A stretch of 63,187 bases of DNA, filler included, from Sphacelaria rigidula (lineage: Eukaryota), in assembly GCA_964200075.2 (NCBI GenBank). It is 8 parts of 8 records of this genome, joined end to end, with 100 filler letters (N's around TTAATTAATTAA, not from the genome) between each part and the next. Parts side by side here need not be neighbours in the genome. Positions count along the whole stretch, not along the records: positions 23,737 to 31,547 come from CAXNAA020013378.1; positions 31,648 to 39,457 come from CAXNAA020013379.1; 6 more parts are not named here. One strand, written 5' to 3'. The first letter of the stretch is position 1, and every line of letters begins with the position of its first letter. Positions 23,637 through 36,324 of the stretch are shown here, one piece after another. Position numbers and translations under genes: made by a program. The notes beneath the pieces are model-generated. The model was not told where the DNA came from. It saw only the letters and a program-made list of their open reading frames with translations, and ran no database searches.

Positions 23637-24164
23637 NNNNNNNNNNNNNNNNNNNNNNNNNNNNNNNNNNNNNNNNNNNNTTAATTAATTAANNNNNNNN
23701 NNNNNNNNNNNNNNNNNNNNNNNNNNNNNNNNNNNNCTTTGCGTCACGTCCGAGTTGATAGTCGCAGTCGATCGTGTGGAAACCATCCTTCCGTGTGACG
23801 TTCACACATTATTGATGGTAGATGGCACATACCGCACACAAGGCACACAGATGCACACCCATGTTGGCTGCCACACACCATGCCGTGCGTCCACGGAAGC
23901 GGTACGGCAGCGATTAGACTGCTGTATTCTTGTAGGAAGACACGAAGGACGCGGGCAAGGACCTTGTGGTCGGGCATGGGTTCCCCGGTGCCGTCGTCGG
24001 CGACAAGCGTACGGGTAGCCATGCCAACTTTCAAAACTAGTTGGCACCCGAGGACAAGCGAAACCGCATTCCCTCACTGAACTGTTTCGGGCGAATTGTC
24101 GAAACCCCCCTAATAGGTTCAACCCCATTTTATTGTTGAACCCTAAAAAATAAAATCGGCTGTT

Positions 24165-24624
24165 ATACAGTAGGGGGCGAGGACCGCCCATGGGCGTACC
24201 CGTCTCTGGGCAATGAAGGTCAAGAGCGTACGTAAATGGGCGTTGAGGAACGCCAGATAGGGTACACACCTGGTTCATCGGGTTTAGTTAATCGACAAGA
24301 TGGGGTGAAGTCTACGGCTGTTGGAGGAAGGGGCAGGCTGGAGAGAAGATCAGCTTTCCCATTTGGGTTTGCCTGGGCGGTGTTTGACAATGTACTGCTA
24401 AGCTGCCAGGAACTCCAACCAGCGTTGCACACGCCGATTCTGTTCGCCAACCTTAGCGAGTTGTTCAAGTGCTCCGTGATCCGTGTAGATCTGAAAAGGC
24501 ACGTGGAACAAATATTGTTGAAGGCGCTTTATGGCCCACGTGATGATCTTGCCTTCCAACTCCAGTGGGCTCTAGTTGGCCTCGTTTGGCGGGGTGGCGC
24601 GGCTGATGTAGAGGATGTGTCGAT
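24165..24624 (-). pseudogene. Gypsy RNase H C-terminus/linker fragment (relative of 3560-4000)
   Basis: NGKADLLSSLPLPPTAVDF..PDEPGVYPI and YALDLHCPETG..MGGPRPL are paralogous to the element in contig 1. Confidence 0.8.
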
Positions 24625-25081
24625 TGTGATATGGAGGAGAATAGCTAATGCATTGGCTGGGGTCTCTCAGTATGAGCACCAGGGGATACCATGGTCCCAG
24701 CTAACTAAGCTCCCAACGTGAGCACATCATGCAGACCAAGCTTATACATCATGCACACAACACAGTACGTTCTTCATTTATACTGCTGGAAGATTGGAGA
24801 CTCACATGTTCATAGCATCATATTTTACCTCCAAGCAGCTCTCGAACCCAGTACAGCCGAAGTGCAGCCATAGGAGCAGAGCGTGGCGATGCGCCAGTGT
24901 GGCAAACGTAACCAGGCAAGCGAGCAAGGGCAGCCAACAAGTGACACAGACAGGGGGTGGCTCGCCCTATTTCACCACAACAATGAAAATGATAAACTCG
25001 ATACAACGCGTCACGGAACCCAGGGTCTACGAGCAGACCCGCACATCCCAATATCTTGCAACGCCTCTGAGCTTCATCACA
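24625..25081. repeat. Solo LTR-like element (457 bp)
   Basis: TGTGAT...ATCACA perfect 6-bp inverted ends. 3' half matches 82-289. No TSD seen. Confidence 0.6.
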
Positions 25082-26442
25082 CCAGACCATCCTAGACTCG
25101 TCCTTATTATCCAGTTGAATGAACATCACCTCGGCACGATATAATTGCGCCGAGCAACTTCAAAGTTTCACGAGAAAGGGCTCTTCTGCACTCGTACAAA
25201 AGTATGAAGCGAAGAAAAAAATAAAGAACTAATAAATTCTTTCTCACACCTCTATGGGCGAGCATCGCTGCGACCCGCCACAAGAAAGGTTCAATCCACA
25301 AGAAGAAAACGTTGTGTATCTACGTGACACTCACTACCTATGTTGAACAAGACAACGCACACGCAAGTTCATCTAGAAAGTAAAGCACTAAATGCTATGC
25401 ACGCGTAGACTTTATACACCTACGAACCAAAGAGGGAATGCCGAACAATACGGGAACAAGGGAGGGAAAACGCAGTTGCGGCGTAGCATCGCAGCAACTG
25501 CTTCGGTCGGACCCAGATCCTCGCGGCTAAGTCTTCGTCCTCGAGGTATGCTCTGGTTGGCTGACCTGTCAGCCTGGTGGTCTTGTGTTGCTTGATCTCC
25601 TGTTGAGTCTTCGCTTTCGATGACGCCGCTCCACCGCGCGCCCCCGGACTCGTGATATTCTATACTATCAACTCTACCCTGTAAAACAGTTTGTCTGAAC
25701 TGTACCTCCCTAACTAGATAAGTCAAAATGGCTCATCATGTTCTCAAATTGATTTGCCGGTTCATCAACCCTCTCTACAGGAGAGGGAGCAGCAACATCG
25801 TTCCAGCCATACTTGCCCAATCGATTGATCACCAGTGTATTCCTTGGCTCAGGCACAGGGTAATGTTACATATATATATATATATAGGGAGCACCCAAGT
25901 AATACTGTGACTCGAGAGAGTGCTGAAGAAGTGGGGAAGCCGATGAGAGTGGTTGGGTAGGGGCTGCGTGCACCCCGGTTTCCGTACTGTACCACATTTG
26001 CACACACTTGACTGCCAGTACTCGTACGTCACACTTGACGGCCACTACTCGTACGTCACCCCTGATTCATATTGCCGTTTCCTTCGTTCCCCACGCGTGA
26101 GTGTATCTTATCCGGTCGCATGCCGTTCCCTCTTTTCCCCGCGCGTGATAGTGCCTTGTCCGGTAGTACGCCGTTCCCTTTTGTTCCCTACGCGTGGGCG
26201 TGCTTTCTTGTACGTTTGCTGCCCCCTCTGTTGTATGGTGCGATTCGCGTGTTTACTCCTTCGGTATCGTTTACCTTGTTTCTTTGAATATTTTCCCGGT
26301 GCACAACTGCTTTTGGCCTGACTACCCTTGTGGTGGATAAACGATGTTCAGCCCTTTTCCCCAGCGGGACAGCAGTCTTCCACGTCCAACGCAGTACAAT
26401 CGCATGCAGTTTTGTACATCTCCTTAACAGTAGTTACTGATA

Positions 26443-26736
26443 CACGGGTGGCCCCTGGGGTCTGTAACCTGGCCATTTTGGGACCTTATCCACATTTGGT
26501 AAGGTCTGTGGATTAGGTGGACAACTGAAGAGCATTCGTACAGCTCGGACAGGTTCGAAACAAAGCATGTTCCAGTCTACAGGAGAGTCACCCGCCTATA
26601 GACTGGGACATGTTTTGTTTCGATCCTGTCCATGCTGTGCGAATGCTCTTCAGTTGTCTACCCAACCCGCGGACCTTACCAAAAGGTGGATAAGGTCCCG
26701 AAATGGCCAGGTTACAGACCCCAGTGGCCACCCGTG
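26443..26736. mobile_element. TA-flanked foldback MITE (Tc1/mariner-like), about 140-bp arms
   Basis: TA|CACGGGTGG...CCACCCGTG|TA. Arms are near-perfectly complementary with a loop of about 11 nt. Confidence 0.85.
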
Positions 26737-27344
26737 TAGTTTCTCTTCATGCTCCCGTGAGCCTGCAGCAACAAGCTGCTCAATCGGTGCACTAGACCCA
26801 GTCAGATATGCACTTCGCTTCGAGCGCATGCCATCTCGGGGTTCGAATACCGCAGGCGAATTTGTCAACTGTTTCCAGCCACTTGTTTCGCAGCCGGTCG
26901 TTTCTTTGCTGAGTCCACGTTGGCAGTCCATCCCGAGCTCGGCGCAACCACCACGGAATGACGCTGGGGGGGAGTTCACTTCGGAAGGGAGTCGATTATG
27001 TATGCCAATGGATGAGGATGATATCAAGTGATGGTCTGTCAGATCACCCCCGTGGTTAGGGGACGGTAGAGGATAGAAGATGCAGAGAAGATAACGACTT
27101 GGCCAAGTCGTGATCTCGTGAAGGAGTGCTAACGTCGGTTTTGCACGGAGAGTAAATTTCCTACGTGGTCTAACGCAGCATAATGATCATCACAATGGGC
27201 GACTCTCCAAGACTATGGTAGGATTGGTCTGCACGGCGTTCAGATTCCCTTCGTGGTCTAACCCGGCAGAGTGGTCATCAAGATTGGCGACTGTTCAAGA
27301 CTATGATGTGATCGTTTCTGCTCGGTGTTCAAATTCCTTACGTG

Positions 27345-27676
27345 CACACGCGGTCATTTGGCTACCTCCAAAATTCCTCCAGGTGGGTGTACGTTTCGAG
27401 CCTTAAACGGAATGAAACGTCTCCAGAGGGGTGCGCGGTCCTCCAGAGGAGATTGTTTTGTTTCCTCAGAGGGATTAAACGCCTCTGGAGGCTTATTTTT
27501 ATCTCTGGAGGGCCGCGCATACCCCCAAATTCCTCCGGAGGGGTGCGCGGCCCTCCGAGTCGGTAGAGTTTGGTCTCCTCCAGAGGAATTGAAGACCTCC
27601 GGAGGCTTGTTTTCCCCCTGGAGGGCCACGCATCCCTCCGGAGGCATTTTGGCGTGTAGCCAAATGGCCGCGTGTG
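27345..27676. mobile_element. MITE with CACACGCGG.CATTTGGCTAC TIRs, inserted in an 87-90-bp tandem repeat
   Basis: 21-bp TIRs with TG/TA flanks. Internal CTCCAGAG/CTCTGGAG repeats. Uninterrupted units (CGTGGTCTAAC) at about 27165 and 27253 show the empty site. Confidence 0.8.
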
Positions 27677-29205
27677 TAGTCTAACCCGGCAGAGCGATCA
27701 GCAAGATCGATGGCTTACTCAAGATGACGTCGACTGCATGAGGAAGGTGAACATGATGACGCGGCGATATCGTCGAACCACATTCAGGCCGAGAGCCTGT
27801 GGGGGCGTGTTATGGATCGCCGCGTAGTGGTTATAGGGCAATACGATGATGAGCGAGTCATTACGATGAAATAGTGCCCGGAGGGCTGACTGCGTGAACT
27901 GGCAAGTGTCGCGGTGAGGGGTGAGAATGTTTAGATCCGTTCGAGACAGTTACAGAAACATACCTCTTTGCATCCAGCTTGGATTCGGTTTTTTTCGAGA
28001 ACTGAATCTCTTGTTGAGCCCCTAGTGTTGGTACTCTGGATGAGTCCGAAGTAAAGCTCGTGAACTGAATCCGAGCCATTAAAACCACCAACCGAACAAA
28101 AAAAACTGAATCGCATCTTAAACTGTGATCAGCACGCTCTGACATTCAGCACGGAACAGCAAATATAACAAAGGGAGGTTGTACGATGAAATGAGCTTTA
28201 AGCGCGAAACAGTGCTTTCCCCATACTTACAGCGATGGTGCCTTATGACGTGCATCTCCCGCTGGCCGCACTTTCATTTTTGGCAAACACGGATTTTCCA
28301 CAAAAAACGGCCAAGCGATGAAAAAACAGGGGGACATTATGATCACCTGGTCGTTTTTCACTGAAAACCCATGTATGGCCTCATTTGGCCAAAAACAAAA
28401 GTGCGGCTAGCGGGATATGCAAAGTTGCCCTAGAACGATCACAACGAGTAGAGTATTTCATTCCGAGGCCTCAACATCTGCCTAGCCCTCGTTTCGGGCG
28501 TAAACCGATGGAGAAGGGCTCAAAAGGCAGTTTTCACGGAGTTGGCTTTAGGCCGACAAAGCGTCGTCGGGCACCATCGCGGATTTTTGACGAAACAAGT
28601 CAAATGAGAACCGGGGGAAGGCGAGAGGTGCAATGACGGCAACAGCACGCGAATAGACGAGCGTCTTCAGGCAGGGCGACAATCAATCCGTGGCCCGTGG
28701 CGAAGGATAGACAGCTTTACCTTTTGTTCTATTGAAAAGTGCCTTGACAGAGTCGATCCTGTGGTAGAGGGATCAATGGAGTGAGGGCAGACGGCAGGTT
28801 CGCAGTCCGCCCGAACATGGTGCTGTAGTCACACACACTTGACTACCAGTACCCGTGCATCAGCTAAATCTATCTGCACATGTGCATGTTCAGTCAGTGT
28901 ACCAATTCACATGAACACCCCGTCTGAACCGATACATCAGTCGTCGTGGCTATCTCCCACAAAAAAACGTTTCAAGGGGGAAAACCCGGCCATCCGAGCA
29001 AAGACCTCGTCCCCTCAACTGCTTGTGTTCCATCAAGATAATCCATGGACGCCGGTCGAGGCAGGTACACGCCTTGTCAGGAAACGCCCTACAAAATCCA
29101 CGCCCCTCAAAGTAGCGTGGGTGGCTCAACCCAATATGCGCATAAATGCATCACTAAGATCTGAAAATACCCGGAGCTAGTACAAGGGTACACACAAAAA
29201 CTTGT

Positions 29206-29765
29206 TTATTTTTCACCTTCCAAGTTGATCAAAAACCCTCTGTGCCTCGCAGATAAGTTGATCGAGAAATGCTTCGTCAAAATATCAGCATGGTGCCACC
29301 CTGAATCTACATGTACAACCCTGATCTTTCCCGTTCCCACCAGCTCTCGAATGAAGTGATACCTCACGTAGATGTGCTTCCTCCTTTCGGAACTGAGGGG
29401 AGTTTCGGCCAGAGCCTTCGCTCCCTCGTTGTCCTCGTAAAAAACAATATCGTGGTCCTCCCTACATCCCGACACAAGCTGAGGTCGCAGGAACGTCAGC
29501 ACTGCCTTCACAAACAGTCCCTCCTTCGCCCTCTCGGCCATTGCGACATACTCTGCCTCCGTGGTTGATAAAGTCACACAATGTTGCGTGCCGTTCGCTG
29601 CCGACATTATCACACCACCGTACATCACGGCTACCTCTGAGACTGAACGCCCATCTGCTTCCTTCTTAGCGTAGTCTGCATCGCAGTAAACTTGAACCTG
29701 TCATGATCTCTCTTGAACGTAAGTCCAAACCCCTTCGTCTTATTGAGATACTTCAGCACCTTTAC
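29206..29765 (-). pseudogene. Ty1/Copia RNase H fragment
   Basis: VYCDADYA..DGRSVS, VTLSTTEAEYVAM, YEDNEGA, KHIYVRYHFIRE, ADILTK. Confidence 0.92.
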
Positions 29766-29766
29766 C

Positions 29767-30830
29767 TGTAGACTCCACCCACCATTGTTACCTAAGGTTG
29801 GGGACATTCTGCAGGTGGAGTTGCGGGTCTGATTGCAGAACTCTGCGATGGGTGACCTCCATGACGAGAGATCCTGATTTTGCTACTCTGGTGGAGAGAG
29901 GCTATGGTCCTGTTCTCCTGTACTATGCCGAGGGTTAATATATGAATAACTAAAGCTGCTGACGTCCATGTGCCCGTGATGGGAGGACTCCACATGGCGA
30001 TCTGGTCTTGAGTGACAGAAGTCTATACTGAACGTTCATTAAGTCCGCTGATGGCGGTAGATCCGCTGAAAAGCAGCTGCCACTTCAAGACAGGGAAGTC
30101 TGCAAGCCTGATCAGTTTGCAGCAAACAAGACCAGCTCAAGGCGTGTTGACGTCGTAAGGAGTTGGAGAAGTAGAGCCGAGGAGGTTCTGAGGCCGTGCT
30201 AGGCCGGCTGTGGTATCGCTCGTGCGTGAGGTGCGGGGGGTTCATCGACAGCTGGCGAGTCCGTGAGTGTTCCAGAAAAGCGACGCAATTACTGCCTGGT
30301 GGAGCCAGCGAGAGTTGCTTGTTCCACGCTTGGTCAGGTACTGTCAGGAAAAGGAGTCTAAGGACTTCAAGCACGTGGTGAGACCTGCGTGAGGAAGAGG
30401 CACTGTGGCCATTGTCGTTGTAACGTGGTACAGCGCGTCTCGGTGTAAGGAGAGAGCTGTTGTTCCTGTGAGTGGGAGGCGATTTCGTCTTTCAAAAAGG
30501 CGGTGTGGAGTGCTGTACTGCTGACCGAAATGAATGAGGCGCAGGAATATGCCATCGTCGATGGTCGTGTTGTTCCTATACCTGCGCTGGAAAGGCCGTA
30601 CTACGGCCGCAAGTTTTCGAGCGAGAAATCGGCCGAGTTTTTACGCAAATACAATAAATATTTGCGAGAGGGAGATCAGGTGAACGCGCGGTGGACAAAC
30701 CTCTTTGAGGTGGCAGCAGTTTCTGATCCCATGCCGAAACATATTGCGAAATGTCTGCATGACACGTTCTTGAATCATGCTCATGATGTTGAGGACGAGC
30801 AGCTGCTTTTCACTTTGCGCAAGCATGCAT
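29767..30830 (+). mobile_element. Probable 5' LTR, PBS and Gag N-terminus of another LTR retrotransposon
   Basis: TG start where Copia homology ends. TGGTGAGACC (PBS-like) at about 30375. The ORF with AEFLRKYNKYLRE resembles a Gag N-terminus. Boundaries are uncertain. Confidence 0.45.
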
Positions 30831-30847
30831 CATCGAATGGGGTGCAT

Positions 30848-31040
30848 GGCACTGTAAAGGCCGAGCAGCATGTGGGTGCCCGAGGGGACAGGCACGACAG
30901 TGCACCCGCCGAACGTGCAGTAGGTGGTCCACGTTTGGAACAACGATACAGGGCAGCTGCTTGCACTGTGAAAGCCAAGAAACATGTGTCTGCCCGAGGG
31001 GACAGGCACGAGAGTGCATCCCCCGAACGTGCAGTCGGTA
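30848..31040. repeat. About 115-bp tandem duplication
   Basis: GCACTGT.AA.GCC.AG..CATGTG..TGCCCGAGGGGACAGGCACGA.AGTGCA..CCGAACGTGCAGT occurs twice. Confidence 0.85.
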
Positions 31041-31053
31041 GGGCGCGTCTTAA

Positions 31054-31320
31054 CACTTTTGGAAACGTTGATGGAAAATTGACGATTGACATTATTTGAC
31101 GTTTTTTCGGGCAAGAAATGGTTGTTTTTCTACAGCTTTTGAGCAAACGATCCGCCCAAAGTGTGTTTTTCAGACCTGTGCGAATAGATTGTGGAAGAAA
31201 AAAAGGTTCGAAGGTCCTCTATTTTACGGGTATGACGAATTATTCGACCCGTCGGTGTTTTGTAACCTCGGCCAGAGTGCACGGCTGACTCTCCGTGAAG
31301 TAATCTTCACGCCGCACATT
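31054..31320. mobile_element. Terminus of a piggyBac-type non-autonomous element (second copy)
   Basis: TTAA|CACTTTTGGAAACGTTGATGG. Reverse-complement homology to about 44150-44400. Confidence 0.75.
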
Positions 31321-31647
31321 CAGTAGATGCTTTGCACCGCATCATAGCAAGCTTGCGCCTTAGTTGAAATAACAAAGGCGAAACCGACGGCACATTTACC
31401 TCACTTATGCCCCCATCTACTGTCTGTATTTGCAGACACCCACCGGCAGGCCCGGTGGAGATGTGTACACCTGCTCCTCTGTACTGCGTGTGATCATGAT
31501 ATTTTGAGCTCATGTCAACGGTACACTCATGCCGTGCACGCTACTGTNNNNNNNNNNNNNNNNNNNNNNNNNNNNNNNNNNNNNNNNNNNNTTAATTAAT
31601 TAANNNNNNNNNNNNNNNNNNNNNNNNNNNNNNNNNNNNNNNNNNNN

Positions 31648-32539
31648 TGGCGAACGCCGCAGGCACGAACATCACGGCCTCGGGACGGTCTGCGCTGTTG
31701 ATGTCGGAGCTGGCCTCGTCGATCGACACGTTGGTGTCCGCGAGAGTGGTCTTGACCAGCGGAAACACTCCGCTCGAGCCCTCGAACTGCTGATTGGTTA
31801 TACCATCCAGCAGTCGGACTGACACAGTGGTCCCGGTGGTCACGACTGTACCGCTCCCGTTTCGTTGCACGATAGCTGTGTATCCGTCGGCAGCCACCGA
31901 CACCTCGAGGCCTCCATCAATGCCGGACGCCTCAATTTCTGTTGCGTTGATGGATGTGAAATTCGGTGGAAACTCGATGACGATATGACCGTCGACCGGT
32001 AGAGGGTTGGACACCGTGAAATTGATGTCAGCAGCACCGGTAGCTCCCGCACTATAGGTTGCAAGTTCGACGAATGGCTCGATTCGGAAGGCTCCTGGCC
32101 ATATATATAGGCCCACGGGTCGATCTTCACTGTTGAAGTCTGTACTGGCCTCATCGATCGGCGTCTCCCCATCAATTTCCATGGTCTTGAGCACCGTGAA
32201 TGTGCCGGTTGGTCCCTCGTGCGGAGGATTGGTCACACCTTCAATCTGGAGGCTGACAAGTGTCCCTGCCGGAATATCTGTCGTTGACTCCGACAGTGAC
32301 ATTACTACACCGAATCCATCTGCGGAGGCTGTGATGTTTGCGTCAGTACCGGTGATCACAGCTATCGCCGGCGAATCGGCGACAGAAGAGAAGGTAGAGG
32401 GTAGTTCGAGGTAGATGCTTGCGGTAGCTGGAACCGTGTGCTGGCAAGTGAAGTTCAGCAACATGGTGCCACTGGCCCCAGCTTGAGATGGGCTTAAAGA
32501 TATTGCGGACGACGTAATTCTGCCCGGGTAAAGAAAGAC
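31648..32539 (-). CDS. Exon of a large surface protein: tandem ~150-aa beta-sandwich-like repeats (runs off the contig)
   Basis: CAG acceptor at 32540, phase 0, open for 297 codons. Two repeats share AGA.G...NFT, GxTN...EG..G.F...KT and IDEAS.D.NS.DRP. Confidence 0.85.
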
Positions 32540-33416
32540 CTGCCGTAAGGTGCGATTGTGGGGAAGAACGGTTGGGTTTCAGTTCTCACAACTCATGTAC
32601 ATACGTTTAGGAGAGGGTGATATGCCACGTTTTTTCGACCTGGCATGACACCCGTTCCAGCGGGAGCCTTTTGAGCGGCATTTGTCGCGTGTGTATGCTT
32701 ACACCGGCTAGCAAACGGTTGTTTTGAATGTAACATCTGTGCGCTTCTCTTTTATCAAGAACTCTCATGCGTAACTGTGAAGTTTCCTCACACGAACAGA
32801 TGATCAGATTGACTCCGTGTAACCAAAATAAACTGTTCTGAATGAAACGCCAAACAAAATGCAGCAAATTTTGTTAATGTCACGGCCACATGTCGGACGA
32901 CGGTAATGAGTCCCTCTTGTCAGACACGCTACAGTAGCCTTTTAACCTCCATGCAGGAAGAAATCACGTGCGACGACATGAAACATGTGCACGGGACTGA
33001 ACAGACGAACGCGGTCTACGTTTGACAGAGCGTCATGCACTATGCCTTTGCACTGGTGTAAACTACAAAGAATATGTAGCTTCGTCATATATTCTACCCT
33101 CCCTCCCTCCCTCCCTCCCTCCCTCCACTTCTGTAGGACTCAACGAAACGAACAATCTCCCCACAGGTACTCGCATGACAATTTCTCACCAAGCATTAGA
33201 TTCGCAATACCGCAGCTAGTCGGGTTTTTCATCGAAACCTCGAAACCTTGTGCTTGCTTACTCACGTCCTCAAACGCTTCCCGACCACGGAATCCAATGA
33301 TACGATCACATCCTGGAATTTGAACCCGCAAAAATCCGCTCAAAGTAGTACGTTGGTGGAGAAGTTCGACTACTGGATCGCGGCGGCTCTCAAGATGCTT
33401 AGATGTATTTGCTCAC

Positions 33417-33712
33417 CTCATCACTCGCCACGCTACTAGCCCCAGCACCTACCCCATTGATCGCGCGCACGAAGAACATGTAACCCGAGGCAGTTGTGAG
33501 ACCGGTTATGTTCACGGAGGTAGGGACCGGGCTTCCTGTCGCGTTCACAGTCCCCGCCGAAACCGCCGCCACCCCTGTACTATTGTACGTCACCTCGTAG
33601 GCGGTGATGGTGGAATTGTTGTCATTAGGTTCAGTCCATGAGAGCCGAACCTGCCCCGTCAATGATGTTTGAACACCATGCAAGTCGGTGGGCGCGCCCG
33701 GGACTGCTGTGT
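33417..33712 (-). CDS. Fibronectin type III domain exon (same gene)
   Basis: PGAPTDL..VRLSWTEP..ITAYEVTY..ITGL..YMFFVRAINGVGAG. CAG acceptor (phase 1) and GTGAGC donor (phase 0). Confidence 0.9.
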
Positions 33713-34232
33713 CTGAAGAGAACGTTGCACATGGGAGTGGGGCCGGAACTCGTTGGTCACTTCCCGCCAAATTAGCATTTTGCATGAGGTAATCAACCCC
33801 TGAGCACGCGGGCCAAACGGCGAACCTCAGGTGCCAAACAATCAGATTGTGGTGGAGAGTTAGCGATGTCCCCTTTACCACTGCGATCCTCCCACACCCG
33901 CTATCCCTATTGCCATCCCATCTCCAGCTCTCCAATCCTTGCCAACAGGTCCTCTGTCTCGTGTCTGTGCATCTTTCGTCTGGTGGCACTACTCGGTGCG
34001 ACCTGCCACTCCCTCATCGGGTGCGTTCAGTCAGTGAGTGCTACACAACGCAGATTGTGTTTAGTGCTGAGATCATTAACGCCGTGATGGATTGCACCGG
34101 ACTCTGTTCTCTGTGACCGAGCAATAACTTGGAGGATCTTCAGAAAAGCGTACATACTTCCACATCTGTGCACAGAACTGGTATTCACGTGCACGTTAGC
34201 GTGAGGTACGGTCGACGGAGGATAGTGTGCAC

Positions 34233-34369
34233 CTGCGAGGCGGCGTTGAATGGGTCGCTCAGAAAAAGCTCCGTCACCAGCGGTGCTGCCCGTGGTCCGT
34301 AGCACTGCTGCCACAGGGTGAGGTTCTCCGACGTTCAATGAATACTTGCCGATGGAAATACCTTCCGTC
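34233..34369 (-). CDS. Exon ending QRRLA (same gene)
   Basis: CAG acceptor (phase 2) and GT donor (phase 1), compatible with both neighbouring exons. Confidence 0.65.
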
Positions 34370-34571
34370 CTGCGTAGACAAGCAGCAGCGCCATGTCGTA
34401 CTCAGTCGTCTTGTAGTATCGTTCATCGACATTGGTTGCGAGGGATTGCCACTTGTCTCCTTCTAGTTGAAAATGTAGGGGGAGTTTCTATCCGTCTTCC
34501 ACTTTTCCGCTGCCACCGCGATACTGCTGCACTGTTGCATCCCTGATGTACGCGGTGTCAGTGTCACCGTT

Positions 34572-34985
34572 CAACAGTGTATTCTCGAAAACGGGATTGA
34601 AAACAAGTGAGGTTCAACTTAAAAGCCGTGCTTTCCTTGACCTAAAGTCATGAAAAATGGCTTTCATATGGACGAAGTCATCCCTGCCGACCTCCCTGAA
34701 AGATTTCTAGCCTTGCGTTCCCCCAAAGGGTGTGTGCGAAAGCACACTTTTGCCTCGATTTCAGGGTGAAGAAACGACCGCGTTTTGGCCCAAAAATCAT
34801 GCTTTCGAACATACGCTTTGGGGGAACGGAAGGCTGGAAATCCGTCAAAATAGTATTAGGGAGGTCGGGACGGATGAGGTCGTCTATTTGAAAGTCATAT
34901 GTCATGAATTTAGGTCAGGGAAAGCACCGCCTGTGATTTGAACCTCATTTTTTGTTTCAACCTCATTTTCGAGAATCCACTGTTG
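34572..34985. mobile_element. Intronic foldback element, about 170-bp imperfect arms
   Basis: Complementary pairs include CAACAGTG.ATTCTCGAAAA / TTTTCGAGAAT.CACTGTTG and GTGCTTTCC.TGACCTAAA.TCATGA / TCATGAATTTAGGTCAGGGAAAGCAC. Confidence 0.8.
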
Positions 34986-35520
34986 TTTCATGGGATGAAT
35001 GTGTTGTAACTGTCCTGTCGTACTGTGCCCATCTAGCACACGTTTTCCCTCCTGTACTGAAGTTTTCTCAGCCCTCCCGGAATATTCGGCGATCGATTCA
35101 CTATTGGTGCATTCTTGATGTCATTTTCGCTCTGTTAAGTGCTATGCACACACAATATGCCACAATAGTCCCGACACAGATGATCGGTGACACGTTTAGG
35201 TGAGGCAAAATGATCTTTAAAATGAGTGAGGCAACAATCACAGGCTTCCTGGCAATTGCTGTAAGCAATCATTTCAAACTGTAACCGAATCGTAGCAGCT
35301 TGAATTTCGTAAACATGGTTGAACCCCTGACGCACCCCCGGGTGGAATGTCCACGGAACCCGGAGACAAACTATGCGGGCATCCTCGTTCCTTTCATCTC
35401 GAATTTCGTGCCCCCATAGAATGGAGATGGAAATTTTAACCGGTTATACCGATAGCGAACCAATCTGGGCCGTATCGGGATCCGTGCGAGTGAACTAAAA
35501 TGACACGGGGAAAGTCTTAC

Positions 35521-35729
35521 TTCGACGCGAGAACAACAACACGTGCGGGATCCATCGCAAAGGAAAAGGGCAGCGAATAAGACGTGTGGTGGCGTTCAAA
35601 AGGCCCCCAATGAGAAGTCGTGTGTGCAAAATCGTTGAAATATCCAATCCACGGTGGCACTCCTGCACATGCTGCCACATCATGTCTTCCATGAAATATT
35701 GACAAGTGCGTAATATGATTCGTCAAGAA
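35521..35729 (-). CDS. His-rich exon FLTNHITHL...VVVLASK (same gene)
   Basis: Pyrimidine tract and TAG acceptor (phase 0). GTAAGA donor (phase 2) matches the next exon. Confidence 0.6.
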
Positions 35730-35940
35730 CTAACAGAGAAGAACGATTTGGGGGAGATTTGCAGCAGACTTGGCAGGGAAGGACAATTTGGGGTGGCGAT
35801 AGAGAACAGCGAGATAGTGTACATTAGCCTACCAGGCCCACACCAACGACCTCTTCACCGATCTAGTTGGCGATGCATGCAGTAATACCCAGTCGTGACA
35901 AGACGTGGAGAACCCAGGTGAGGAGCTCGACGAAAGGTAC

Positions 35941-36033
35941 CATCGTTCGAAGACCCACCCTACCATTAGCAGTCATGCACGCAGCATACGAACGAGCCAA
36001 ATCGGCATCGGGGCTATCGGCAGAATGATGCCG
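35941..36033 (-). CDS. 93-bp exon RHHSAD...GLRTM (same gene)
   Basis: Long pyrimidine tract, CAG acceptor, GT donor, phase 0/0. Confidence 0.5.
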
Positions 36034-36240
36034 CTGCAAACTACACGACGGAGTCAGACGGGGAGAAAAAAACGGAAGGAAGGCGGGAGGGAGAAGGAGA
36101 AGAAACAAAACAACTACCACCAGGTGCTCCATGTCAACAAAGCATTCTACCCAGTGTTGCTCAGCTGCTGCAAACTCAACACAACAGTCGGCTTGAACTC
36201 CGCAAAATCAAAAGTGGGACGGACAACGAAAAGTAAACAC

Positions 36241-36324
36241 CTGCGTTTCCGACAGCGCCGGCGGAGGGGTTATTGACTGGCACGCACTATGCGAAACGCC
36301 TCCGATAAACTCGTCGCTTTCCCA
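36241..36324 (-). CDS. 84-bp exon WESDEF...SETQ (same gene)
   Basis: TTTTCAG acceptor, CAG|GT donor, phase 0/0, no stops. Confidence 0.5.

Noticed and set aside
26526-26561. Hammerhead ribozyme core (CTGAAGAG...CGAAAC)
   Set aside because: No convincing stems I and III or cleavage triplet. The sequence is sequestered in the long foldback.
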